Source: a virus
Virus record (IMG/VR): IMGVR_UViG_3300024999_000080
Location: 1-64,000 of that record
DNA: 64,000 nt
Reading direction: 5' to 3' (one strand)
In this document: one piece after another, positions 1-10,486 of the stretch
How the letters are laid out: the number at the start of each line of letters is the position of its first letter
How positions within the stretch are numbered: position 1 is the first letter of the stretch
The notes under the pieces: generated by a model
Seen by the model: the letters and a program-made list of their open reading frames with translations, nothing else
Told to the model about the DNA's origin: nothing
Databases searched by the model: none
Translations under genes and position numbers: made by a program

Positions 1-1
1 T

Positions 2-1132
2 GAAAATTTAACATGTAGTCCACTGATAGAAAATTATAAACTAAAAGATTTAATTATGTGTTCTTTAATGATAGATTTGACCGAACAATTTGTTTTATTA
101 GATGCAAAAGAGAAAGATAAGATATATGGATATGATGAAGAGAAAATAAATAATTTAAGACTTCTATTATATTATTGTTACTTGAAATGCAGAATGTATA
201 AACGTCCGAAAGGAGATGAATTAGTTAAATCAGGAGGTAGGGCTGAAGTAGCATATCCAACATTTAAATTAATAAATGAAGATTTAGGTTTGACAGATGA
301 TACAATTGACAAATATAATAAAATTCTAGTCGATTTAGATATGATAAGATATAAGTCAGCAGGAACTTGGTATTATAAAACAGATATTAATAAAATAGTA
401 AGAGAAAGTGTTAATTTTTATACTTTATTTACGGATGAAGAAAATGCACAACACAATTTAAAAGAAGGTATAAAGTTCTTTAAGAATATGGAAAGAAATT
501 CTGACAAAGTGTTTACAGGAAGTAAGAATTATAAAAATAATAATAAAGTATTAAATGGTGAACTTGGATCTATTATAAAGAAAGAGAAGAGAAGTACTGC
601 TACAGCAGAGGATATTATTAGAAAGAATCAGATTATATTTTCTATTACTGCTAATGAAGAACAACATGGTATTCAAGCTTTGTTAGATTCTAATCCTGAT
701 ACATTACTTTCTGATATTTATAGTAGTTTTAGTAGTGATGAAAAAGCAGATAAATATTATGAATTAGAGAAGTCATTAGGATTACTTGATACTGGTAAGG
801 AATTTGGTGTTGATTTTAAATATTATAAATGGATAATGATGAACTACGACAAAGAAGAACATGATAAATTTGTACATTGCGTTAATAATAAAAAGAAAGC
901 TCAATTAACGAATGATGATATAATATACTTTGCTGATCTAAAACCACAAAAACATAAGGGATTTGGGCCACAGAATAAGAAAAAGGTTATAGAGGAAGAT
1001 ATAATTGTAGATGAAGAACATGAAATAAGTGATATTGATTTCATTAAAGAAATGGGATGGGAACCTAAAGAAGACACAGGAGAAGAAGATTTCTTTGATT
1101 GGTCTGAGGAAGATGAAGAGTTATTTAGTTAA
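2..1132 (+). CDS. Winged-HTH-containing protein (replication-initiator-like), 5'-truncated by the window edge
   Basis: Frame of ORF 56..1132 is open back to base 2; AYPTFKLINEDLGLTDDTIDKYNKILVDLDMIRY resembles a wHTH; acidic C-terminal tail. Confidence 0.45.
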   Translation, partial: ENLTCSPLIENYKLKDLIMCSLMIDLTEQFVLLDAKEKDKIYGYDEEKINNLRLLLYYCYLKCRMYKRPKGDELVKSGGRAEVAYPTFKLINEDLGLTDDTIDKYNKILVDLDMIRYKSAGTWYYKTDINKIVRESVNFYTLFTDEENAQHNLKEGIKFFKNMERNSDKVFTGSKNYKNNNKVLNGELGSIIKKEKRSTATAEDIIRKNQIIFSITANEEQHGIQALLDSNPDTLLSDIYSSFSSDEKADKYYELEKSLGLLDTGKEFGVDFKYYKWIMMNYDKEEHDKFVHCVNNKKKAQLTNDDIIYFADLKPQKHKGFGPQNKKKVIEEDIIVDEEHEISDIDFIKEMGWEPKEDTGEEDFFDWSEEDEELFS

Positions 1133-1191
1133 GTAATCTGATAATAAGGGGACTGTTCAATCCGTCCTAATTATAAAGGAGACAAACAAAA

Positions 1192-1911
1192 ATGTTAAAA
1201 TTCATAGGCACAGGTTCAGCATTTAATACAAAACTAGGGAATACAAGTGCATATATTAAAGAAAACAACACATTATTACTTCTTGATTGTGGCGAATTAA
1301 CTTTTGATAGGATCTTAAAATTAAATCTATTATCAGATGTTAATGAAGTACATATTGCAATTACTCATTGTCATCCAGATCATATTGGAAGTCTAGGGAG
1401 TTTAATATTCTATTGTCATTTTGTTAAGAAAATTAAACCAACATTCCATTCTGCCGATACTGATTTTGTTGAATTGCTTAAGATTATGGGAGTCACAGAT
1501 GAACATTGTAAATTTAATAATTGTGCGTTTGATCAATTTGCAGAGATTAAAAAATTAAATCTTCAGTTACTATTTGTTATAAATAAGCACGTTAAAGAGT
1601 TGACTACATTTGGAATATTATTTGCCAATCTAAGCACAGGGAAAAATGCTTATTATAGTGGGGATAGTTATGAAATACCAAAACCTATTTTATATGGTTT
1701 AGAAAATGGAGAACTTCATTATTTGTATCAAGATACCTGTAAGGCAGATTATGATAGTAATGTTCATTTATCATTGAGAAAACTTACAGAGTTGATTCCT
1801 GAAGAGCTAAGGGGAAATGTTTTCTGTATGCATTTAGACAGTGGATTCGATAAAAATGAGGCAGAAGGGTTAGGATTTAATGTTGCAGAGATTGAGAAAG
1901 GAGATGAATAA
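1192..1911 (+). CDS. MBL-fold metallo-hydrolase, Apyc1 (anti-Pycsar)/RNase Z-like
   Basis: GTGSAF, LLDCG, THCHPDHIG (HxHxDH), YSGD, VHLSL..IPEE, VFCMH motifs. Confidence 0.8.
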   Translation: MLKFIGTGSAFNTKLGNTSAYIKENNTLLLLDCGELTFDRILKLNLLSDVNEVHIAITHCHPDHIGSLGSLIFYCHFVKKIKPTFHSADTDFVELLKIMGVTDEHCKFNNCAFDQFAEIKKLNLQLLFVINKHVKELTTFGILFANLSTGKNAYYSGDSYEIPKPILYGLENGELHYLYQDTCKADYDSNVHLSLRKLTELIPEELRGNVFCMHLDSGFDKNEAEGLGFNVAEIEKGDE

Positions 1912-2571
1912 TTAATGTCAAATAGAAAAGATTGTTGTGAAACATATCATATATGTTTTAATCATGATAGTTGGTATTGTGATGAGTGTAAACGAAATAA
2001 AAATATGGTTGATTATTTAGACATAAGATCAGATCCTAGTTATGAAGGTGAATTTGATGAATTTATTAAAGACCTTTCTAAAAAAGAAATGCAGGAATCT
2101 CAAAAAAGATTATTATATGATGATGATAAATATTTACAAAAAGTATATCAAGAAATATTAAAAAGAAAAATAAAATAATTATACTTCGAAAGGTATGTTT
2201 CGAATCATATTGAGGAGGTGGAAAATAAATGAAACAAACATTAGGTTATTTAGTAGATAATATAACTAAAATACTTTATGAACATAATTCAGATATAATG
2301 TTACTTAGCCAAAATATTTCAGAAGATGAATATGATGTAGAAGCTTTAAATATTGTATTAAAGATTTTTGCATGTGATAATATTACAAACGTTAAAAATA
2401 TTATTACTGATACATTTGTTGAATATTTTGGTGAATGTGCTGTAACAAGAGATCAAGATTATATTAATATTGCTAAAGAAGTTTGGGTATTGTGGGAAGA
2501 TTATGTTAAATATAATATGAGTATGGCATGAAAGTAAAGTTATAAGTTATATAAGAAGGTGATATTAAATT

Positions 2572-2721
2572 ATGAAAAAAGGTGTTAGGTGGAGAGATGT
2601 TAAAGCAGAATTACTAAAAGATGAAGAGTTTAAAAATGAAGTAGAAGTTTCACAATCTGGATACGAAATTGCTTGTAAAGTTATTGAAGAATTTATTAAG
2701 GAATTTGGTGAAAAGGAGTAA
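2572..2721 (+). CDS. 49-aa protein resembling the N-terminal helix region of HigA/Xre antitoxins, without the HTH (not in ORF track)
   Basis: RBS AAGGTG; MKKGVRWRDVKAELLKDEEFKNEVEVSQSGYEIACKVIEEFIKEFGEKE. Confidence 0.45.
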   Translation: MKKGVRWRDVKAELLKDEEFKNEVEVSQSGYEIACKVIEEFIKEFGEKE

Positions 2722-3276
2722 TTGCTATGTTATCTGATATTAAATATGCCATAGAGATGAGTGTAATTGACTACTGTGAAGACATGTGTCCTTATAGATT
2801 GTGCAATGCATCTTATGATGACGGATATGAATTACCTTGTACGGTAGATAGGTGTTTTGTTAAAGAATATGCTGAGTATTTATTAAGGTAAATAAAAATA
2901 AAAAGGAGAGATGATTAATGAAAAATTATATATTGAAAACCATTGATACATATGGTTTATTTGGCGATAAGAAAGATTTTACTGATAAGCAAAAAGAAAG
3001 TCTGAAAAATCTAGGATTTAAATTAACAATTATGGATACTATTTGGGAAAAATATATGGGTAATTTTTTAGATATGATGCTAATACCAAATAAGAAATAC
3101 TTGTATTTTTATAAATCTAGTCATTTTCTGCCTTGTGAGTTGAGTGAAAATGTTAAGGAAGAAGACACTTTAAAAGAAGTTAATAAGATTATAAAAGAAC
3201 TGAAATTGATTGGTGTAATTTAAATTCCTGAAAACCTTAATCTATAAGAATTAAAAATAAAGGAGATGGATAAATA

Positions 3277-3657
3277 ATGAGAGAAATAATTTTCCGTGGC
3301 AAATGCATAGATGATGGTGACTGGGCGTATGGAGATTATTATTCCACTAACGAAATGCCAATTAGAGGTGAAGTAGGACATTATATTAAATGTGGATTAA
3401 ATGAAGAATATAGAGTTATTCCTGAAACAGTCGGTCAATTTACTGACTTAAAAGATAAAAATAATGTAGATATATATAATGGTGATCTAGTAAAATTTGC
3501 CGATGAGATACTTCAAATTAAGTGGAGCAGACTACTTGCTAGATTTGTTGGAAAAACAATAGATAATGAACATGATTTGTTTGCTTGTTATCAAGATTTA
3601 TATGAAGTTGTTGGGAATAAGTTTGAGAATATAGAATTGTTAGAAGGAGATAATTAA
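3277..3657 (+). CDS. YopX family protein
   Basis: MREIIFRGK..., PETVGQFTDLKDKNNVDIYNGD, EVVGNKFEN. Confidence 0.9.
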   Translation: MREIIFRGKCIDDGDWAYGDYYSTNEMPIRGEVGHYIKCGLNEEYRVIPETVGQFTDLKDKNNVDIYNGDLVKFADEILQIKWSRLLARFVGKTIDNEHDLFACYQDLYEVVGNKFENIELLEGDN

Positions 3658-5010
3658 AATGAGTGAAACAGTCTATTACAAAGGGAAATTAATACCTGTT
3701 GATTTCTTAATTAACGAAACATTAGAAGAAAGATGCAAAAGAATAATTGGAGATGTAGAATTAGAAGATTGTTTTGAATCTTACCAAGAGAAATTAATGG
3801 ATGATTATGACTACTATGAAAAATATGTTATTCATAATGATATTTTATATTCTGTTGAAAAGAATAGGCTAGATCCAGAACAAAGTATGTTTGTATCACA
3901 TAGGAATGATGATGGTACAGTTAATTTTGAGGTAAGATACTATGATGGTGGTACTAGTTTTGATGAAGCTATTGAATATGCTTTTGAGAATGAGAAGTAA
4001 AGTAAAATAATAGAAAAGAGGAAATAAACAATGAATATTTTAGATTATACAAACAAAACTTTTGACGAACTCCAATTCAATGATGAAACATTAATTATTA
4101 TGGCACATCAAAGAAAAATAATCGCTATTAATGATAATAAAGAGATGTGGAAAATTAAATATATTTTAGAAGAAATCGCTGATAAAATGGATGAGCAAGA
4201 AATAGAAGAGAATGAGAATGAGAATGATATAGAAGGATATAGCAGAAGCCATATTGTTAGAATGTTGGTCGATGCAATGGAAGAGGAGTCATATTTTCTT
4301 GAAACAAAAGGAGATAATGGTCGTATTGAACCTAGAAAGTTAAAAGTAATTAATGCAGAGAAATTATATGCTAATTTTGATTCAGAGGTTTCTATTTATT
4401 ATGGATATTTGAATAGCTCTGATGAATTTATAAAGCCAGAATGGTATAAAGTTATTGCTGAAGAACTTATTAATTTTGCTCTTAATAGTGGTAGGTGTAA
4501 TCCAGATACGATTGAATTGTTGACATTGTTTTCTGATGAATTGTTAGAGGAATATGATGCTTATAAAAATGGTGGAGATATGTTTAAAGTTATTGTTAAG
4601 GAATAAATAAAAGGAGTGATACAATTATGGGTTATGGATTTATTGGCTATAGCAACAGAGAAGAATTTAAAGATGGTGAAAGTATTTTCTATACATCATG
4701 TTCATATGCATATGAACCAATATTTAAAGAAACATTTAGAGAAGAAATTCATAATTTTAGCGGATATGTTTCAAAAGTAAAAATGATTAAATTCATTGAT
4801 GGAGTAAATAAATTAAAAGAAAATAAAGATAAGTATAATGGTATTGTAAAACCAATGCGTGGTTATTTAGACAATTGTTCATTTGAATCTTTATTAAGTG
4901 ATTTGGAAGTGCTTTGTGAGTTATTGCAAAATAAACAAGTAAAGTATTTAAATATAGCATAAATTCCATACTTTATTTGATAAATATATATGAAATATTA
5001 GGAGGTTATT

Positions 5011-5349
5011 ATGAAAGGCAAATGTATTAAACAAGAAACTATTGCTATCATAGAAAACAATGGACAATATTGGATTGGATCAAATTGGTGTCATAATACT
5101 CAAGACGAATGCCCTAGAGTTGGTATGATAAGTGGAGAAGGGTATGAATTATGTAAATCAATTTGTGGACAATTAAATCATGCAGAAGTTGATGCCTGTA
5201 TGAATGCAGGAATATATGCCAAAGGTGGGACGTTATATTTATTAGGTCATACATATTGTTGTGACAATTGCAAAAGTGTTATGAGTGAATTTGGAATCAA
5301 AGAGGTTATTATAGGTAGAATTCCAGAAAGTTTAAGTTGTAAAATATAG
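5011..5349 (+). CDS. Zn-dependent dCMP/cytidine deaminase-like protein
   Basis: HAE motif and YCCDNC (CxxC) deaminase signature. Confidence 0.75.
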   Translation: MKGKCIKQETIAIIENNGQYWIGSNWCHNTQDECPRVGMISGEGYELCKSICGQLNHAEVDACMNAGIYAKGGTLYLLGHTYCCDNCKSVMSEFGIKEVIIGRIPESLSCKI

Positions 5350-5404
5350 TTCATTGAACATATCCACCATAAATGATAAAATAGTAAAGTTAAAGGAGTA
5401 AATT

Positions 5405-6136
5405 ATAACATCTAATATTCTACAGCAAGAAATATTCCACAAAGAGCAATATACAGTCAAAGAATGTACATTAGAAGAAGCAAAAGATATATGCAAAAAT
5501 AAGCATTATTTACATAGAGTCCCTAGTATTGTTGCTCATTATGGATTATATAAAGATGAATTATTATTAGGAATAATTACTTTCGGAGTTCCACCAAGTC
5601 CTTATTTAATGAAAATATGCGGAGAAGAGTATAAAGGTGCTGTCCTTGAGTTAAATAGACTGTGGTGTTACGATATATCTCCAAGGAATTCTGAAAGCTT
5701 CTTGATATCACAAGGCATTAAATTACTTAAAAAAGATAAACCACATATTAAAATTTTGGTATCTTTTGCAGATTCTAGAGAAGATCATTTAGGATTTATT
5801 TATCAGGCATCTAATTGGTTTTTCACAGGTTGGTCAATCCCCGGAGGTGGAAGTATAGTAATCAATGGTAAGGAATTTCATCCTAAGAATCTTAACAATA
5901 AATACAATACAAGTGACTTGAATAAGTTAAAAGTTATTTTGAATACAGAGAATATTCACTATAGGCCAAGGAGTAAGAAGTGTAGATATGTCTATTTTAT
6001 TGGTAGTAAAAAAGAGAATAAAGAATTGAAGGCGTTGTGTAAATATCCTATTCAAGATGCATATCCAAAAGTTTTACCATTGGAAGTAGAGTATAAAACA
6101 AAACAACAAAAGTTATTAGATAAAGAAGCTAATTAA
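5405..6136 (+). CDS. Mom-family (GNAT-fold) DNA adenine modification protein, probable ATA start
   Basis: Frame open from 5402; AAGGAG at 5393-5398 precedes ATA at 5405; KHYLHR, ELNRLW, SFAD...HLGFIYQASNW motifs. Confidence 0.75.
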   Translation: MTSNILQQEIFHKEQYTVKECTLEEAKDICKNKHYLHRVPSIVAHYGLYKDELLLGIITFGVPPSPYLMKICGEEYKGAVLELNRLWCYDISPRNSESFLISQGIKLLKKDKPHIKILVSFADSREDHLGFIYQASNWFFTGWSIPGGGSIVINGKEFHPKNLNNKYNTSDLNKLKVILNTENIHYRPRSKKCRYVYFIGSKKENKELKALCKYPIQDAYPKVLPLEVEYKTKQQKLLDKEAN

Positions 6137-6139
6137 GGT

Positions 6140-6778
6140 ATGGGAATTAAAGAAACATACGAAATCAGAAAGATATCATATAAAGAAGCTATGGATTTTG
6201 TTGTAAAAAATCACTACTTACACAGAAAAGCTCCTTGTTCATATGCTTTTGGATTATTTGAAAAAGATAAACCGGATGAATTAATAGGTGTAGTTACATA
6301 TGGCACTCCATCTTCAGCACCATTACGAAAAGGAATATGTGGAGAAAGTGAAATATTAAATGTAATAGAACTCACTAGATTATGGATAAGAGATGGAACT
6401 CCAAGAAATACAGAAAGTTATTTGATTGGAAATACAATACCCTTAATAGATAAAGAAATAATAGTATCTTATGCTGAGATAGATCAAGGACATGTAGGAT
6501 ATGTGTATCAGGCTACTAATTGGATTTACACAGGATTATCTGCAAAGAGAACTAATTGGGTTGTAGAAGGTATAGATAAACATTGTCAAACTATTGCAGA
6601 TAAATATACTTCAAAACAATTAAAAGAGTTATATGGGGACAAATTTACTTTGGTAGATAGACCACGAAAACATAGATACATATATTTTAACTGTAACAAA
6701 AGAAGAAAGAAGGAATTGATGAAGAAGTTGAAGTATGAGATAAAACCTTATCCTAAAATGGTAATTACAAATACATAA
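6140..6778 (+). CDS. Mom-family DNA modification protein (second tandem paralogue)
   Basis: NHYLHR, ELTRLW, SYAE...GHVGYVYQATNW, KHRYIYF. Confidence 0.8.
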   Translation: MGIKETYEIRKISYKEAMDFVVKNHYLHRKAPCSYAFGLFEKDKPDELIGVVTYGTPSSAPLRKGICGESEILNVIELTRLWIRDGTPRNTESYLIGNTIPLIDKEIIVSYAEIDQGHVGYVYQATNWIYTGLSAKRTNWVVEGIDKHCQTIADKYTSKQLKELYGDKFTLVDRPRKHRYIYFNCNKRRKKELMKKLKYEIKPYPKMVITNT

Positions 6779-6858
6779 ATAATATTTTAAAACCTCTTGC
6801 GGATATCTTGTGATTAGTGTATACTTATTACATAAGGTAGACAAAGGAGGTTTTACAT

Positions 6859-8912
6859 ATGAAAAAACTTGTTTTTAGAGACATAGACATTTTACCTAAA
6901 GAAGAAATACCTTTCAGTATTGATATGTGGTATAACCGTTCTGATAAGTCGTGGGTAGTCCAAGTTAAGGATGAGGAGAATAATCAAATTGGAGATTCTG
7001 TTTATGTAGGAACTAAACCTGAAGCAATAAACCAAGTTAATAGATGGAAAGAAGAATACGGAATTCCATTGATTAGGACTTAAAAAGGAGTGTTGAGTGA
7101 TGGCGAAATGTTTAGAATGTGGGCAAGTTTATTGTGTTTATGGAGGAAGTGAAGGATCTGAATGTCCTACATGCAAAAGTGAAAATATAGATGTTTCAAT
7201 GGAGGTGCGAAATATATTTAAAACAACTAAAGAGGCATAATCCTAGGAATTATATAAGGGAAAGGAATGATTTTTATGTTTAAAAATGGAGAAATGGTTT
7301 GGTGTAGACCTAGCTTGATTGATGAACCTATTCTTGGTAAATATGTTCGTAAAATTAGTGATGCAGAACGAAAAGAAGGATATCGCGCAGGTCATATTGT
7401 AGAAATTAATGGTGTAGAACGTTGGGTTAATCTTGGGTTTTGTGGCACAAATAAAGAAGTTATAAAAAGTAAATAATCAAAGGAGAAATCAAAAATGGAT
7501 AAGAAATATATTGTAAAAGTAAAGGATACTAGTGATGAAACTATTCTAACATTACTTGATTTTGGATCAGTAGATTATTTATCACAAATCACTAATATCG
7601 GGAGTATCGTTATGGATTCAAAAAATGTTAGCAAACTTAGGGAATGTGAATGTGTTTTATCTGTAAACGAAAGTAGATTAGGTAAGTGGTTGGATGGAAT
7701 TAAAAAAGAAGGAGAGTGTGCATATGTCTATAAATTTAGTTCAGAATTTTATTGTAGAAGTTGATTCTGTAAAACTATTAAAGCAATATTTAGAATTGGC
7801 ACTGGGTACTGTGCTTAATTCTACTGAGGAAATTGCAGTAAAGGTTATCGACCATGATGATGAATGTAAGAATTTATATTATCCTTCTGTAATCTATGGT
7901 AAGAAAAACATTTTGCCAGTTCTAATGATTGAAGGTTGGTATGGCTCAGAAGACAATGCAGGAGACTCCTTCTTCAATGGTTATAAACCGTGGAAGTTAT
8001 TTGATAATAAAAACACAATAAACAAGTCTATTGAATACGTTATGAGTGTTTTGAGTGAAAATCAATCTAATCTAATAGAAAGATTTTCAAGAGATTGTGG
8101 AGATGGTTATGATTATGGGTTTAATCATTTTGATGGTTCTATACGTATTGGATACCAACTTATCAGTAACAAGAAGTTTCCAAATTCACTAACATTATCA
8201 CTTGTGCATATTTATTATGGCAAGTAATCTAAGGAAATTAAACAATAAAGGAGGGATAATTGGAATGACAAAAGTAACCTTAAAACTTTCAAGAACAAAT
8301 GAAAATGGTTTAAAATATACTGGAGATGCGGATAAATATTTAAACCTCCCTATTGTAATTGATGATAAGGTGATAGGAGTAGTAATAGAAATTATAAGTG
8401 ATTCAGGGGATTATATAGAAGTAGAAGGATTTTTGTATCGAGCAGGAGTAAATCTTATGAACATAGAAGAAGAATTAAGATTTTCAAATAATCTAAAGCG
8501 ACACAATAATAATCCTTCAAATGCCTATGATTTATTTTCTGCTAAGAAAGCAATGGAATATCTAAATATTTATGTAGAAGAATTTTTCTTTTTAACTAGA
8601 GATAAGACTGATGGGAATTACTATGAGAGAAAAGAATTAAGAAGATTAATTCATTTGTTAAATGATAAGATTGGAGAGTGAATCTTAATGGAAAAGATGC
8701 TTAAATGTCCAGATTGCAATTCAAATCTACAATTAAGAGTAGGGTATACAGGAGCCGATTGGAACACTGTAAAAGGCGAAGGGTCAGGATATGGCTGGGA
8801 AGTATCTTTACTCTGTTTAAATGATGATTGTAGACGTTTATTTACTATTGGGAATGTGAAAGATGAGTATCATTTTGTTGAAAGAAAAGATGAATTGAAA
8901 TGCGTCGAGTAA
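6859..8912 (+). other. Small hypothetical ORFs (6859, 7100, 7267, 7495, ~7724, ~8265, 8688)
   Basis: RBS-preceded co-oriented ORFs; promoter-like TTGCGG-N17-TATACT at 6797-6825. Confidence 0.65.
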
Positions 8913-8925
8913 GGAGGAATATAAA

Positions 8926-9360
8926 ATGAATTTAGAACAAGCAATATCAATAGCATCATTGGCTCATACAGGGCAATTGGATAAAGGTGGAGAACCATAT
9001 ATCTTACATCCTTTAAGAGTTATGATGAAACTCAAAGATGAAAGACAAAGAATTATTGCTGTGTTGCATGATGTAATTGAAGATACTAATATCACTGATA
9101 TTGATTTATTGTATCAAGGGTTAGGTTATGATGCTGTAAATGTTATTTTAACTTTGAGTAGAAGAAAAAGTGAAAGTTATGATGAGTATATTGATCGCAT
9201 AAGTAAAGATGAATTTGCTATAGAAATTAAGTTGGCAGATTTAGAAGATAATATGGATATTTCTAGGATTAAGAATATGACAGGGAAAGATTATGAACGA
9301 GTAGAGAAGTATGGTAGGGCTAGAGAGAAATTGATGAATGTTTTGATTAATATGGGATAG
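8926..9360 (+). CDS. HD-domain small alarmone hydrolase-like protein (RelA/SpoT HD, Mesh1-like)
   Basis: AHTGQLDKGGEPYILHPLRV, AVLHDVIEDT, IKLADLEDN. Confidence 0.85.
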   Translation: MNLEQAISIASLAHTGQLDKGGEPYILHPLRVMMKLKDERQRIIAVLHDVIEDTNITDIDLLYQGLGYDAVNVILTLSRRKSESYDEYIDRISKDEFAIEIKLADLEDNMDISRIKNMTGKDYERVEKYGRAREKLMNVLINMG

Positions 9361-9963
9361 TTTAAAATAAAAGGTTTAATTGAGATTAAGGAGGAAAGTT
9401 TAATGATGTTTATTAGTAAAAATCCAGTACCTTTTACTGTGAAAGATTTGAAGAAGCGTTTAGAATATATGGATGACAATGTACCAATTAGACTTTGTGG
9501 ACAAGGTGATGGTCAATTCTTGGCTCTGGTTGGTCGTAATAATTATGAAACAATGATGTCATTTCAAAAAGAAAGTTATTTTACTGGATGGGATTTTGAA
9601 AATAATTGTGAGAAGATAATGAAATAATATTCGATAGTTTAAAAGGGGATTTTATATATGTTAGAAAAGAAAATATACTATTGTGTCTATTGTGGTAAAA
9701 AGCATGTTTTCGAGTTTAATTTTGAATTAGCTACAGAATTATACATTCCTGAATGTGATTGCGGAGAAGAGCAAAGAATGATTAATCCATAAATAGTTGA
9801 AATAGATATTAGGTGGGAATTGAAAGGAGAATGCATATGAATCCATGTGCAAGGTGTCCTTGGTTGGGAGTAGATGCCGTTTGCAGAGAATGTGAATATC
9901 AAAGTGACTATATGAGATTATCAGAAAAGTTAAGAAGAGAAAAAGAAATTGAGGAGAATAAAT

Positions 9964-10482
9964 ATGATCGACCACAAAAATAAAATATTTATGATTTCAG
10001 ATCCACATTTCCATCATGAAAACATAATCAAATATGAAAATAGACCATTTGAAAATGCAGAGCAAATGACTAAAACAATTATTAAAAACTGGAATAAAGT
10101 TGTTCAAAGAGATGATGAAGTTTTTTGTTTAGGTGATGTTTGTTTTAAAATAAAGAAATTACTAGTGAAATTGTTCAACAATTAAATGGAATTAAAACAT
10201 TGATATTAGGAAATCATGACAGATCAAAATCAGTTCACTGGTGGAAAAGTGTAGGATTTCAAGAGGTAAGCAAGTATCCCATTATTGTTGGTGAGTTTTA
10301 TATTCTATCACATGAGCCAATTTATTTGACTGAAGCAATGCCTTACGCTAATATACATGGACATATTCATCATTTAAAATATGAAGGTAAACAGCATTTT
10401 AATGTTAGTGTAGAATACTCCTATGAATTTTGAGGATATTAAGAAGGAAATTGTTATTAGGAATGTGGAAAGCGAGGCGTGA
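9964..10482 (+). pseudogene. Calcineurin-like metallophosphoesterase with two frame disruptions
   Basis: SDPHFHH, LGD, GNHD, LSHEP, IHGHIH motifs split over frames; shift at ~10147 and a second lesion at ~10415. Confidence 0.8.
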
Positions 10483-10486
10483 TTAA

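Larger units (their letters stand above)
1915..4962 (+). other. Array of small hypothetical phage ORFs (1915, 2229, 2918, 3659, 4031, 4627 and others)
   Basis: Co-oriented ORFs each with an AGGAG-type RBS; no recognisable motifs apart from those listed separately. Confidence 0.7.

Noticed and set aside
7495-7764. Subtilisin propeptide (I9 inhibitor)-like protein
   Set aside because: Resemblance too weak to support by eye
10141-10155. Programmed -1 frameshift in the phosphoesterase
   Set aside because: No properly phased slippery heptamer, and a second lesion exists downstream
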